From contig NC_043005.1 in assembly GCF_006345805.1 (NCBI RefSeq), positions 105,214,001 through 105,278,000 of the forward strand: a DNA stretch of 64,000 nt, in the 5' to 3' direction. The stretch is from Octopus sinensis. Taxonomy: Eukaryota. The translations under genes were made by a program, and so were the position numbers. Numbering within the stretch: position 1 is the stretch's first letter; each line of letters starts with the position of its first letter. Below, in pieces: positions 49,250 to 63,262 of this stretch. The notes below the pieces were generated by a model that was not told where the DNA came from, did not search any database, and was given only the letters and a program-made list of their open reading frames with translations.

Positions 49250-52200
49250 AATAAAGTTGACTGTGCTTGTTAAAATTGTTTGTTTGTATTTAATTTAAGC
49301 AAGCTGTATACACATTAGTATGTTTGTTCGATAACTTACATTTATTTGTTTGCTATTTTCCCATAATGTTGATAAAATGAAAAGATCTGTACTGAAAGAA
49401 AACAGGTCTTTTAATAATGATTTGGAATTGCAGTATCGTCTATTTTAAAGAAAAATGTTTTGCTTCTTTTGTGACACCTCAAACAGACAAGATAGGAGAA
49501 GTACAAAAGATTCCATTGTAGAAATTGGAAAATGGTTAAGATAAAGCAAATGCAATGATTCCAAGAAGTCTTAATGCAAGGGGATGATACAACTAAAACA
49601 ATACTACAAAAAATAATATACATACATAGGAGAAAAAGAAAGCTATTTAGCAATGTAGATACTAGATAATGCTTAGGGTCCAGTAAGTGCAATCCCATAG
49701 TCATTCACAAACAAAGGGGATCTTTACCCTATACATACATTATATATATAACACACCACAAGTTTATCAGAGAATGGGATGGATAGTTAAATTGATTGTC
49801 TAGCTAATCAGGAGCTGCATCAAATAAAAAGTTAGCCAGATGATAGTAAATGAACAGAGCAATATAGTCAAATTTTCACATCTACTCTCATACCACTGTA
49901 CAATTTTCAAAGACTGGTCTGCATTGTTTTCTAACACATAATTCAGTTTCAAAGTTTTAAGCACTGCAGTACTATAACAAGCAATATAATACAATATCTC
50001 TTTAGCATCACCATGGCTGCTATTTTATACATTTTTTAAACTAATTGTGACTTTTTTCTCTCATTCTGTTCTTGCTTTGTTTCTACAAATTAGTCATAAT
50101 CTGAATTTGTTGTAAAACTACTTGATAAGAAGTTCATTTGGCAACCATGAGTAATTTGGTTCTCTTTATAACTTTAATACTAATTGATTAATTAATTCTA
50201 TAACTCAAGTGAATTGCTTTAATATCATTTTAGTGTAAAATAGCTAATAACAATGACAATGATGATGTCAATAGTAAACAACAACAATGGTTTCTAATTT
50301 AGGCATATTGCCAACAATTTATGGGAGGAGGGAGTTTAGCCAATCCCTGTACCTTATTTTATTAACCTGAAGGGTTAAAAGACAAAGTTGGCAGTGGTAA
50401 GAATTGAACCCAGAATGTAAACAAACTTCCTTTTCTTTTTATTGGAACAAGGTGTCTAAGTTCAGGTCAGGATCCTAAATATATTTAGTAAGGCAAATGA
50501 TTTTACAGGAAATTCTTATAGGTTTCTTCTATAAACATATTTCCATATTGTTAATGAAATCTGTTGATTTTTACTTTGCATTATTACCTTTATAATTTTC
50601 CATGAACACACATAAATATGTGAGATTGATTTACAAAATATGATGAGATGAAAATATTATAAAATTTAGTCCCAATTTCAGACACCCATTATTTTTTAAC
50701 AGTATATAAATATTTAAAAATTTACATAGCAATTATTTCGAGGTGAGTTGTTTTCCCAGTATTATGCAGTACGACATGACAGTATTATTGCCATTCAGCA
50801 GACATTTAGGGAATGGGAAAACACAGTGAGAAGAGAGTGATAGAAATAGTTAGAAAAAGAGATAACAAAAATCAATAGAGATTAGAATTACTAATACTTT
50901 TAAAATACCCTACCATCTTCTCTCAGTTTATTTTTTCTTTCGTACTGAAAATTTGTAATGATATTAATATTCAAAAATTAATAAAAACAAAAGTGATGGG
51001 ATGCATGTATAGGCATACATAAATGGACTCATTTTTTGATTGATAGATAGAGGGAAAGAGACTTTGGGGATAGATATGTGGCTATCTATTATTAAAAGGT
51101 AATGAAAGATTTAAAAGTCATGGAGTTAGATGCATTTGGTGAAGATGAGTATTGCTCAGAACATAGTTCAGAGAGGATCATTTAAATATTGAATTTCTAC
51201 CAGCAACCACAGTGTCATAGAGCTGACTGAATGTACTCAACCACAACAGAACACAGCAATAATTACCCAATGGAGAAAGATACCACAAACGTAAAGATAA
51301 ATTAAGTTCATTGCCTCTTAAATAATCCAATAAATCACAATTCTTATATCAGTTGACTGAACTATTTTCATACCCTTGACAGCAATATGGAATTTCAGCA
51401 TCAACAATATTCTGTACAAGTGTTACTTGATTTCTTGATTTTCTTTGTTTGGATTTCTTTATCATTGTTTATCAAATGCAACATGTTTAATGTGCAAATA
51501 AAAAAGACTTTAAACACAGTTTAACATTCTATTTATCCTGTACATAAAAAGCATGACAAATTTACAAATAATGCATATTTGGCATGGCAATGAATTTATC
51601 AACAAAATATTGGTTTATAATGCAATTACAAGTGATGTGTTCAATGCAACCAATCACCTTCATGATTTTACAGTAAACTACTTATAGAGAGACATAAAAG
51701 GGACAGTTTGAAGGGCAACATAATAAAAAGCATCAAAGTTGAGATTTGTCGAAAAGATAAGTGCAATTGAGAAAGTGCAAGTTATGAGAATAATATTACA
51801 AAAGTATATGAAATGATATGATGAACACTGAGAAGGTGTATAATTTTGTATTTTGTAAATATGCAAGAACTGATTGATAAAGCAAGAAAGTGACTGAGAA
51901 AGGAGGCTCAATCATTATTCACTTGTCATAAGGTTTGTCCTATAAATCACTACCAAAGTTTTGTTATCTACTAAGAAAATGAAATTTATCAGAATACAAA
52001 ATACTGTTTATAGAGAGAGTCAGCCACTTCAAAAGAAGAAAATCTTTATATGAAAAATTATATTACAATAAAAATCTGACAAAATGATTGCAAAACAATA
52101 CTAGACAATACCACTTCTGTTCTTAGTAATATTTGTAAGCTGCAATGATTAGAAACAGAATGGTTTATAAATAAATAAATATTTGACATAATATCTCTTT

Positions 52201-54449
52201 TGCCTGATGGAATTATTTCATTATGCAGCATAGAGAAAGCTAAATGAAGAAGAAATATCAACTAATCATTGTAACATAAAAAAACTGCCAACTGCAAGAT
52301 GGAAAAAAAAAAGAATGTTAGATCACTTATAAAGGAATTGTGAAGCATTTAGCTGTAAACAAGAGGGTAAGTGAGGCACTGTCTCCTTTCAAAAGCTCAA
52401 AAATTAACCAGACAACATTTATGGAATCTGTAGAACTAGCAAAGGAATTTATAGGAGAAAGCAACTGGAAAATGAGGAGGATAGAAGTTTAGTTTCCATA
52501 TTAAAGAAAAAGTAGAACGGCCCATTTCAATACATTAACCTACTACCCAATTCTCATCATTCCATTCTCAGAATTAAACAATCTCAAACTTTCTTCAATA
52601 GCTGTGCAACAACCTTACTGTCTGATGTTGTTACCTATTCCAACTGCACTAGGAATAATACAGAACCTCATAAATAACTTTGAAGATGCAAATATGAAAT
52701 ATTATGACTGAAGAAAGACAGAAGCAAATAAAAAGAGAGACGGGGAGAGAAAGGGAGAATAGAAAAACTCCTGCAAATCTTATTAGAATGATTAATTATA
52801 AATGGCTTTAAAGAAAAACAAAATCTGAAAATCAATAAGAAAATAAATATAAAAAGCTGGTGAATTAAATCAATATGTGGGTCAGATGGATTCAGTGACT
52901 GCCAGCAACATTTCAGAAATACTTATTGAATATCTAAACTCAAACTGCAACTATGTGAGTGGGCTGGTAGTGAAAGTAGACTTGATATAAGTTACGTGAA
53001 AGTGGGTTTTAAAAGATTCTTTTAAGATGATATAGAAAAGAAAATAAATAAAATATATCTGAAGAGAAAGAATAAAAGCAGTGGAACAAACAGCACATCA
53101 CTGTTATTATACACATTTATGATACAATGAAATGGCTTAAATTTAAAATATTGCAGCTGATGAGGAAAAAAAAACCAAATTAATGACTGCGTCGCAATTT
53201 ATTTTCTCTTTTGCTTCTGTGGCTGGCAATTAGTCCGTAACATGGAATGCACTCGTCATGATCAGACACACACATACTACTAGCTGTTAATATTATTATA
53301 TAGCTACAGTAAATATAGTATATTTTATAAACTTATTCTGTAGCTAATAATTAGCCTTTGTAAACATAGCTTAATAGTATCAGCCATGTAGCAACTTTGA
53401 GTTTGAAAAGGTTAAGGTTAAACGGAAGCCACAAAAAATATATACTAAGTAACTATTTTAGTGATATTAATATATAAAATATCAGGATGAAATGAAAGAG
53501 AGGAGAGGAAGTTATTCTAAATGATATTGATCAAGGCTAAATTATCACCGGATTGAGCTGCTCTCTGCTGTTAGACTATTTTGCAATTACCCACCACCAC
53601 TATAACTATTACTGTTGGCATGTAATTAAATCAACAGGAATAGAAAGCTATACTTAAGAAACTTTTTACATAACACTGGACACACTGGGAATATAAATTA
53701 GGCATTATTACAACTACAATTATTATCCTTAGACTAATTATGATGATGGGAGTAGAGTTAAGCATGACAGAAGACTGCAAGATCCACTACATTACTGTTC
53801 TATGTTAAAAATCCTACTTCAATGAACTTTGATTTTTCAATTGTCTGTTTCTCTTTCTCCCATTTTGTCTATGTGCGTGTGTGTGTGTGTGTGTATTTTA
53901 CAAATTAACAAGTATAAATATGATTTTCATTTTTTAGCAAGGTTGATTGATAAACAGCATAATCCAAGTCTCAAATTGAGTTTTGAGTAAAATGTTAAAA
54001 TCAACAGTCATATTCTTCTTCTCTGTTATAAGCCCTGGTCCTAGTAAAAATAAATTGCAATTATTCACATAGGAAATGTGTAGCAGGTGCACTATGGGGC
54101 TAGTCTTAATTGCCTTGTGACAATTTTTTTTTTTGCTTTCTTTTTTCCTGTGCTATTCAAAATAGGAATTTTCTGACAGCACCTCTTCCACAATTTTTTC
54201 TCTACACTGCATGGCTCTTTTTATTGCTGGTAGGGACACTGTATTTTGCTATGAAACCATAATATACAACCACACATATTGAATGCTTTGTAAGTCAATA
54301 GAGTGTCCTATCTGTGTTGGCAGTGGGGATTCAATCACTTTTTAAAGTTTTCCCCCTAAAGATTCGCAAAATTAGAGCCAGCATTGAAAGGTACGATGTT
54401 TCATATATGAATACGTCTATGTAAATGATGTGATCGAAGTTGAAGACTA

Positions 54450-54736
54450 GGTAATGGGTGTATATGCATATTTCAGGAGTTATTGTTCCTTCTGCAGCAC
54501 CACATTCAACCCATTAACCATGCACGAACACATGAAATACTGTTCCCACCAACATTTAATATGTATATACATATTTGCCTAGAACATGTTTAATATGTAA
54601 AATTGGTATATCCAATTGCATTACATCACTAGATTTAGTGGCTATCTAAGCAATGTGTTTGTGGATGGTTAATGAGTTGAATGCGATGTTGAAGAAGGAG
54701 CAATAACCCCTGAAATATACATACATACCCATTACT
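54450..54736. mobile_element. MITE with ~85-bp imperfect TIRs, probable TA target duplication
   Basis: 54451-54534 matches the reverse complement of 54651-54735 (GTAATGGGT...TATTTCAGG.GTTATTG.TCCTTCT...CATTCAAC.CATTAACCAT.CAC.AACACAT); TA lies on both flanks. Confidence 0.85.
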
Positions 54737-55208
54737 TATTTTCCTGTCATTGACTGCATTGCTCACAAAGATGTATTTGCATACAGAAGATCATAATTTT
54801 CAGTGCTGAGTCTAAATTCTACAAAAAAATCCGTAGAGAAAACTTCAAAAACTTTTTTTGGGACTCACAAGACTGGAGGGAAGGATAGAAACTAGAAGTC
54901 AGGCCTGAATATTTGAGGTGTGATTCTGCTAAGAGCACCCAAGAATAAGTAGTAAATTTAAATGAGACAACAGATTACCACCCAGGAGCTCATAACAGAT
55001 GCTGCCAGATATCTCACCCACCACTTTAACAATTCCATTAATCCACTACTTTTACTCAGTGGCCTTGAGCCAAACTTAGAATTCATCATCATTATTATTA
55101 TTATTATTGGGGATAAAGATAAATAAGAACCAAAATAAGTATATCCTTCACAATCTTTTTCACTTCTACTGATCTTATACCTGTAGCTACACTGACTACA
55201 CTATTCAG

Positions 55209-58200
55209 TAGGGTGGATCAAAAAAGGTACTTTTTACACAGATTTTCGAAATATGTTTTCAAGAATATATGTTTTATTGAGAAATCCTTTAAAAACAACT
55301 GTGTTAAAATCTGAAGTTCTTAAATTTACATCTTCAGGCCCCGCAGCCCACTTGAAATTTTGAATAATGAGCGAAAAATCAATTTATAACACGTTTGCCA
55401 CTGCTCATTTTATTTTCTACATTCATTGTTGCGAATCGGTATTCTTATGTGAAATCCTTTAAAAATAAGAGTGTTAAAATCTGAAGCTCTAAAATTCATA
55501 TCTTCAGGCTCCGCAATGCACTTGAAATTTTGAAATTATGTGAAATAAATAACTTTTCAACTTTGTTTTCTTTATTATTTTTAACACTAAGTCACCGAAT
55601 ATATGTGTTACATGAGGTCTAGATTACACACACATTAAAATAAAATTACGTGTAAAGCAATTTTTGATTCTTGACACATTTTGGTGATAAAAATAATTAA
55701 CATTTCCAATTTATTCGAAATAATTCCATGTAACTAAATAATATGAATCGTTGTAGTGCATTCCTTTTCGTTCTAGCAATAAAGCCAATTAATTTTTTTT
55801 GTAGACAAGAATTAGCATCTCACTCTCAAATAAAGAATAGAACAATCAAAGATTTGTTGTTTTGGAAATTCCTAAAACGTCATAATGATAATTGTTTGTT
55901 ATGTTCAAAATAGCTAAAACTAAACAATTCTAATTGATTATTGCTGTATTACCTTTCAATTTGAAGTGCTTTTTTGCCTTGAACACCAGAATTTTTCTCT
56001 TGATTCAATTCAACCCCTAATGAAACCATCTCAACTGTTCTCACCACAAACAGATGATGCTTCTGTCACGAGTTTTACACATCTCTCCACAGCTTGGGTG
56101 TGGCACAGTCATTTTTCAAATTGCATCAAATGCTGCTGTTGAATGAAGGTATAGATTTCTTCATTGGAAAATGCCTGTGTTAGAGGTGGTTCAGTAACAA
56201 TAGTGACCTGCCAGTTAATTATGTCCAGGTAGTTTGAAGCAGCAAAGTTTAGGGTTGGAAGTTTGAAAGATCTTACAGATTTCCCTTTATACTGTATTTG
56301 AGCCTACTTTTATGCGACTCCATGCAAGTTCTTGAACATGGCCCTGTTTATGGTTTATCATGGCCAGTAAAATATTTTCTGGGTGCGCAAAGAAAGTATT
56401 CTGTTGTATAACTGGAAATATAATGTCTTGTACCACTTGATCCATTTCTCTCAAAGACTCAATTGTTTTGAACACATTTAGAGCCCCATTTTCTGACGAA
56501 GAGTTGCATTTAATTGTGAACCACAATGGCACATAAACTTTTATTATGTAAGCAACAATTAATTTCATCATATTAGAAGGATTCTCTGTGGCAATATACA
56601 ACCGTAACATACAATTCGCAGTTGTAAGCCATCAAGAATGCACCATTTTACCAGGATTCCTTAAGGCCACTTCAGATGAACATTTCCCCTCAGAAACAGA
56701 CTAGTGGATATCAAGAAGGTATTTTTGATAAGTGCTGTCATCGTTTCTGTCTACTGTCTACATCGTTTCTGTCCATTGGAATCTGATTAAATTTCCCAAC
56801 ACTTAGTGTTTCACATCGTTCCTGTCTCTTACCAAGAAATCCACCAGGCCCAGTAGTTTTACCAGCAAGATCATTAATAAGATGGGGAAACTCATTTGCA
56901 TTGGCTTCTTCAATTTATCCTCCAAAAGTCTAATGGTGCCTCCTTTTGGTCCTGTTTTGACTGCAGTACTATTGCAACCTACAACTATAATGTGATTGGT
57001 TACTATCACTTTGGTTTCCAAATAATACAACAAACCATCAGAATTGGCTTTTGCAGAATCCATTTTAACAGCAAAGTGCCCAAGACAGCAGGACTCAGAT
57101 TCTTCTATCAATGAAATGTTTTCTTGAATTGTTTTCTTACGAAATGTTTTTCCCCATTTGTTCACTTATGAGTGTTGTGTCACTCCTTCCATCAAAATAC
57201 ATGGTAGACAATGGTTTATGCAGTCTACCTTCTTGCAGCATGGATTTACATTTTCTGGATTGTTCCTGCATTACCTTTGAATCCTTTGCTGACACAGAAG
57301 GGCGATTTTTTCTAATCAAACTCTGAATGTTCTGTTTAGATACTGCTTGATCTATTCCACCAATGGTCATTTTCTGATCTGTCTGTTGATCCTGCAAAAA
57401 ATCGTGTTCTCTCTCTGTGGTACTTTTTAGTCTCTATGACAACTGCAGTTTTTAAAGGAGTTGCACTAGCAATAGGAAATGTGAAATCTTTTGCTTCAGT
57501 GTTTTTGAAACACATTACACTTGGTTTGAAATGATGGCACATGTTTTTTCTATTTTTCACAGACTTTAGTAATGCTTGGTACTTTGGATAAAAGTTTAAG
57601 ATTTTCAGTTTAACTAACTCAATCGTAACACAAGAGATGGATGCCTTTTGCTAAAGAAGAATTATCTTTTCTGCTACAATCCTGACAATTTGTTTAGTTG
57701 AAGGATCTTCTTTTAACTACACTGCTTTCTTTTCCTGGTTCAAATAAAACACACTTGTAAGTTGCCCTCACTTGCTAACATCACATATTGGACATTCAAT
57801 ATCATGACGTATTATTAGCTTATGAGTCATCATTAAATGTAAACAACACTAAATTTAACACGATCATTAATTTTAATACAATGGCCTAAAGTCAAGGTAC
57901 AAAACAGAAAACTTCACACAAGTACGATGCATGTCCACATGCAATGACCGTCACAGCATCACTGGAGAAAAGTTCACACACCTGTTCTTTTTATAGTCAA
58001 TGCGGAACCTCAAGATATTAGTCAATTGTATTGAAACTTGGTATGCAATCTCTTAAGAATACTATATTTACTGATTTGCATTCTGCTATGTAGAAATATG
58101 TATTCATAACGACTTATAATCAAAGAAATCCAAAATTTGACCAAAAATAGCAATTAAAAAAAAATTTTCAACTCTGCTGTGGAGCCTGAAAAAATATTCG

Positions 58201-58301
58201 ACTGCAAAGTTCTTTATACACATTTCTTTTAACCCTAATTCGTGACAAAATATTGATCCTTGGTTACTAATTTTGAAAGTTGTATTTTGCCCTCCACCCT
58301 A
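55209..58301 (-). mobile_element. hAT-superfamily (hATm-like) DNA transposon, full length, transposase pseudogenised
   Basis: Perfect 8-bp TSD CTATTCAG (55201-55208 and 58302-58309); termini TAGGGTGGA/TCCACCCTA. Minus-strand motifs MYFDGRSD, VGCNSTAVKTGPKGG, WLTTANCMLRLY, FFAHPENILLAM and CHTQAVERCVKLVTEAS, broken by stops and frameshifts. Confidence 0.93.
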
Positions 58302-59233
58302 CTATTCAGTTCAAATTAACTACAAAATAACATCAGTTTGAACTGAAAATTACCAGAGTATAGTTTAATTGACCCATGCTTGCATGCAAGGTAGATGTTA
58401 AACGATGATGATATTTATTAATATTAAAGATGCGCATTTTTTTTCTTCAATATTTCCAAAAATAGCCCTGCATCTAATGTGGGTGTAACATTGATGGAAA
58501 GGCGAGCACTGTAGACTAGGGCCCCAGATGAGTATAAGCTTGCTCAGCCCAATAACTGTTACTAATGATAAAATATTGGAAACAAGCCATACCATCACAG
58601 CCAGAAATACAAATTTTACATTCTATATGGAAACTCTCTTGACCAAAATATATAAAACTATATAGTTGATCTCAAAGATGAAGTTGAAATACAATACTAT
58701 CATAACATAATTTATTTATGATAAATTTATGGTTTTATACTTTATTCCAGTATACTCACACAACATTGTATTTACATGCACAAAATCATAAATTTTCTTC
58801 AATAAAAGCACTTTAAAATATTTTTCAATAAGCCTATGATAAACCATACGAAATTTACTTTTATTCACAAAATATATTTGTAAAAAGAGGAGTACATCTG
58901 TGAGAAAGCACATAGGATGTGATATGCACAATAATGACAGTAACATAAATAATGATCTGTAACATTGACTAAAGTTTGCAAATTCACACAGATGGAATAG
59001 GTGATTTAATCAAACCTTGAACAATTACCACTGCAATAACTGAAGATATGAAATAAAGTCAGCTTATGTCACTTCACTACTCTAAACTAATGTTCTTTTA
59101 CACTGGTGCAAGGCCTCAGTGGAATTTGAGCAGAGAATGCAAAAAAAGCCAGAAAAAACAAGAATCTTTTTCAACACTAATGACTCTACTAGTTCATCAC
59201 TTGTTATAGTTTAACAAAAACAACAACAACAAT

Positions 59234-59600
59234 AATCCTTCCTATCATAGGCACAAGGCCAAAAATTTTAGGGGAGGGGACTACTTTGATTACATCGACC
59301 CTGAAAAAATGAAAGGTAATGTCAACCAACCACAGCAGAATTTAAACTCTGAATATAAAGATGGACAAAAATGCAGCTAAGCAGTTTGTCTTGTGCGCTG
59401 ACAATTCTGCAAGCTTGCTGTCTTAAATACAATGATAATTTTTTCTATTATTGGCACAAGGCCATCAGTTTTGGAGGAGGGGACTAGTCATTTACCTCAA
59501 CCTCAGTGCTTGACTGATCCTGAAAGGATGAAAGACAAAGTCAACTGAGGTGGAATTTATAAAGACAGGCAAAATGTTGCTAAACATTTTTCACCTAGGC
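59234..59600 (-). mobile_element. Tandem tRNA-derived SINEs
   Basis: Two copies with AGGCACAAGGCC...GATGAAAG.CAAAGTCAAC...GAATTT; a third, very decayed copy follows at ~59640-59780. Confidence 0.7.
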
Positions 59601-60611
59601 AGCAACAAGTTTCAATTAGCAATAATGATGAATGATTTCTAATAAAGGTTCAAGGGGATAAAATTAAAAAATTTTAAAGTCAGATACTATTAACCATAGT
59701 ACTTGGCTGATAAACATTTTATGAATCCCAGAAATCTCAAGAGCTGAACTTGAAAAAAAAAATATGATATGGCACTCTACTAATTTTGTTATTCTTGTAA
59801 TAATAATATTTATCATTTATAATGATACAAAGCAATAAACTTTGAGGGATGATTGAATTGATGAGCCTAGTAACAATTTTATGAATCTTAGAAGAATGAA
59901 ATAAAAAAAAATTTTAAGGATTCAAAATTGAAATGCTTTAAAGCATTTTTAGTCCAGAACAAAACCAAAGAAATATTGAGTAACATGATTTTCTTTGTAA
60001 ATTTCAAGAAATGTCTATATCTATATATTATTGGTACTTAGGCTATTGAGCTCACAATTGAAGGGCATTTCAACTTAGAATAACAAATCAACCTAGAATC
60101 TGGATAATCTTGCTTTGTTTTTCTACTGAAAGCAGCAGCATCAACATAATGATTGAATACATAGAACAATAATAATTATACCAAAAACAAGAGGATACAA
60201 ATGGAAAAGTAGTGATGCTATAATTGCATTATTTTTTAAGTGTTTAGATTGTATTACTAACAAGAGAGAAAGAGAGAGGAAGGAAGATATATATATATAT
60301 ATATATATATAAATATATATATATACACACACACACAGACATGAAATTACTATATCTTATAGACTTATAGACAGAAATAAAATGTTAATTCAGTTGACTG
60401 TCAGTGAAGAATTGCGGATACACAGAGAATACTATCAACATATGTACACGCATAACCTAATTTTATGGAAAGAAAATCAATAGCTTGTTAATATGAAATT
60501 ATTTCTAAATTCTCAAAAACAAGATAAAAAGAATGAATTATATATGTGTGTGTATGTGCGTGTGTATATATATATATATACACACACACACACATGTATA
60601 TACAATCTATC

Positions 60612-60648
<37 letters not shown>

Positions 60649-61120
60649 CACACACGCACATATGCATGTGTGTATGCTATGCTGGTGACAAAGTGCATCC
60701 AGCTGCAGAAAATCTCTAACAAATTCATTGTGATCCATGAAAGGATGGAAAATTAGATACTGACCTGATGATGACACTGATGCATACATACATATACACA
60801 CACACACACATATATATGCATACATTATATAATGAAACAAATTCTATCATGATGTATAGTTAAATTTTAGAACAGATAGTAAGAATCTATTAATCTCACA
60901 AAAAATTTTACGAGCCCACTTTTCAGAAAGATATTCTATTCTCAATCAAAACAGAAATAAATTCTCAGAATTCTATTATTAACTTCAACTAAAAATTATT
61001 TTTAAAAATATGCAGTTGCAATAATTTTACATGCACAGAAAAAAAAGGAGGGACAAGATAACCAATGTTGTCTCAAGAATATGATCAGAACAGATATTTA
61101 TTAAATTGTACAGGGCAAAA

Positions 61121-61174
61121 TTAGTCCCCTCCCATGCAAACTTTACATGTAAAGTTTGCATGGGAGGGGACTAA
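61121..61174. repeat. Perfect 54-bp palindrome (27-bp arms, no spacer)
   Basis: TTAGTCCCCTCCCATGCAAACTTTACA|TGTAAAGTTTGCATGGGAGGGGACTAA. Confidence 0.97.
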
Positions 61175-63039
61175 ATATATGCCAGGGAGACTACCTAATA
61201 CTAATCCAGTCAGTTTATATATTGTTGACAGTGAATGCTTATTAGATCTGCCCTGAAAAGAAATTAAAGTTTACTAACAGGTAATAGTTCCCAAAATTAA
61301 CTAGGAATATCATAGATTATGAGTAACTAATGGCCTGATCTTTGGAAATATGAAAAATATGGCTACAACTTAAATGTCATCAATTCTTACAAATGATTCA
61401 ATAAATGAATAAAAATATTAACACACCATTAAACCAAAGTGAAACAGAGCAAACTAAAATACTTGGTATATAAATGAAAAACAAGGAAGAAAATATTGGC
61501 AACTGGTTGGCCTTTTCTCTTCTAGAAAAAGAAAAGGAAAAAACTAATGTTTTTGTCTTTTGTCATGGACTATACCTACAGCTATAATAGAAGCTGCAGT
61601 TGCTGCTACTGAAATTCTACTACCATTTCTAGCATATCATTTACTGAGAACTGCTGAAATAGTCTTGGGTAGGGAAGAAAGAGAGAAAAGAGTAGGGCAA
61701 AAATATCAAGAAGAAATATCTTAGAAGAAGAGAATAAAAAGCCTAAAAATAACACCTATTTTTAACTATTAAGTAGAAGTTGATCTTGAATTCTATTTCA
61801 GTTCCCCTTTGCCATTTTAATAAAACTAGGCTGCCAAATGAAGACTTTTTCAGCACTTAGGTAATTTAAGTTCAAATACTGGACAAAAAGTATACTATAT
61901 TTTGAAACACTTGTTTAAAATGGATGTGTTTACTGTAGTAAGCCTGGTGACATGAGAAAAAGTATGAGCAGAAAGGAGCCAATTAACCTCACTACAGTCC
62001 TTGAAGTTATTCTGTATAAATTAATTTTTATTCTTCACTGACCAGAGACAAAGAGAAGGTAACAGGCAATGTTGTTTATGCAAGCAATAAAATGTTTAGA
62101 ACATAAATTGCTTTAATTTAAATTCATCTAATTTTTCTTTCAAATTAAAAGTATATATTTTGCTATTTAGATATTTTTAAAAAAAGTTAATTAGGAGTGT
62201 GCATGTTCAAGCGTGTCACACAATTTTTTATACAACAATTCATGTATATTCAATAAGTTATTGAGTACATAAGTATTTGCTACATGTGTGTGTATATGTA
62301 TATATATATATATAATGAACATACATGTGAAAAAAGTTTGCAATTAATGAACCATTTCTCGTATGCTGTGGATGGTGGTCCTTTTAGATATGAATGTGAG
62401 TGCATAGCAATTTTTCATAAAGTAAAGTTTCATGTGACCAATTGACACTGGAGGATGTGGAAGTAGAAAACTATAAAAAACATTATCAGCAGAACTAAAC
62501 TATGATTATTATATAGCTCTCTCTCTCTCACTCACATACACACACACAAATGCAAACAACAACAAAAGAACCCATGGCAAAAATAAATGTAATGACCAGA
62601 GACAGAGTGATTCCAATCCTGACAAGATTCACGAAGTCATTTTCACTATGTACAGTAAGGTTACCTTACCAAGGATCTCTTTAAATATTTGCTATTGTAT
62701 TCTAGGCATAAACTATATAAAATAAAATTTAAAAAAGCCATAATGTTAAATAATGGACCTTGAAAACATTTCATCCTGAACTTGAGCTGTTTTAAGACAG
62801 AGAATGTATCTTATCTCCCTTTGATTTCCCCCCTCCTCACTGTGTGTGTGTGTGCATCGCTGAATGCAAATTTATATAAGATTCTATTAAACATACACAA
62901 ACTCACCAGGCACAAACAGAATGTTGGGTTAGATTACTAGCTTAGTACCTCATACTTTATGACTTCAAGCCCCAGTAAAATCAATTTTCCTTTGTGTATG
63001 TATTGTAAATATCTCTTTGATGTTTATCGGCAATTGACT

Positions 63040-63262
63040 AGTATTTTATTTTATTAACCCTGGAAGGATAAAAGATAAAGTTCAACTCTGTGGGATTTGA
63101 ACTCAAGATGCTTTTGTTCTGGTTCTTAATTATAACACATACTGCAAGGCATTTTGCCCAATGGTCCAGAAGGCTAAGTTGACCATGACAGGATTTGAGA
63201 AAGTAACCAGCCAAGACAGATACAGAGAGCATTTTCCCCAATGCTCTAGCAACTCTGTCAGT
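63040..63262 (-). mobile_element. tRNA-derived SINE (further decayed copies at ~63280-63340 and ~63810-63910)
   Basis: TTTTATTAACCCTGGAAGGATAAAAGATAAAGTTCAACTCTGTGGGATTTGAACTC body and B box. Confidence 0.65.

Noticed and set aside
53301-53346. TAGCTACAG/CTGTAGCTA hairpin in a CpG- and TAAT-containing stretch
   Set aside because: Only 9 bp of pairing. A promoter or enhancer role for 53.1-53.6 kb cannot be supported from sequence alone.
55281-55534. Spaced direct repeats considered as a CRISPR-like array
   Set aside because: Only two 84-bp units, inside a eukaryotic hAT end; no cas genes or repeat-spacer array anywhere in the window.
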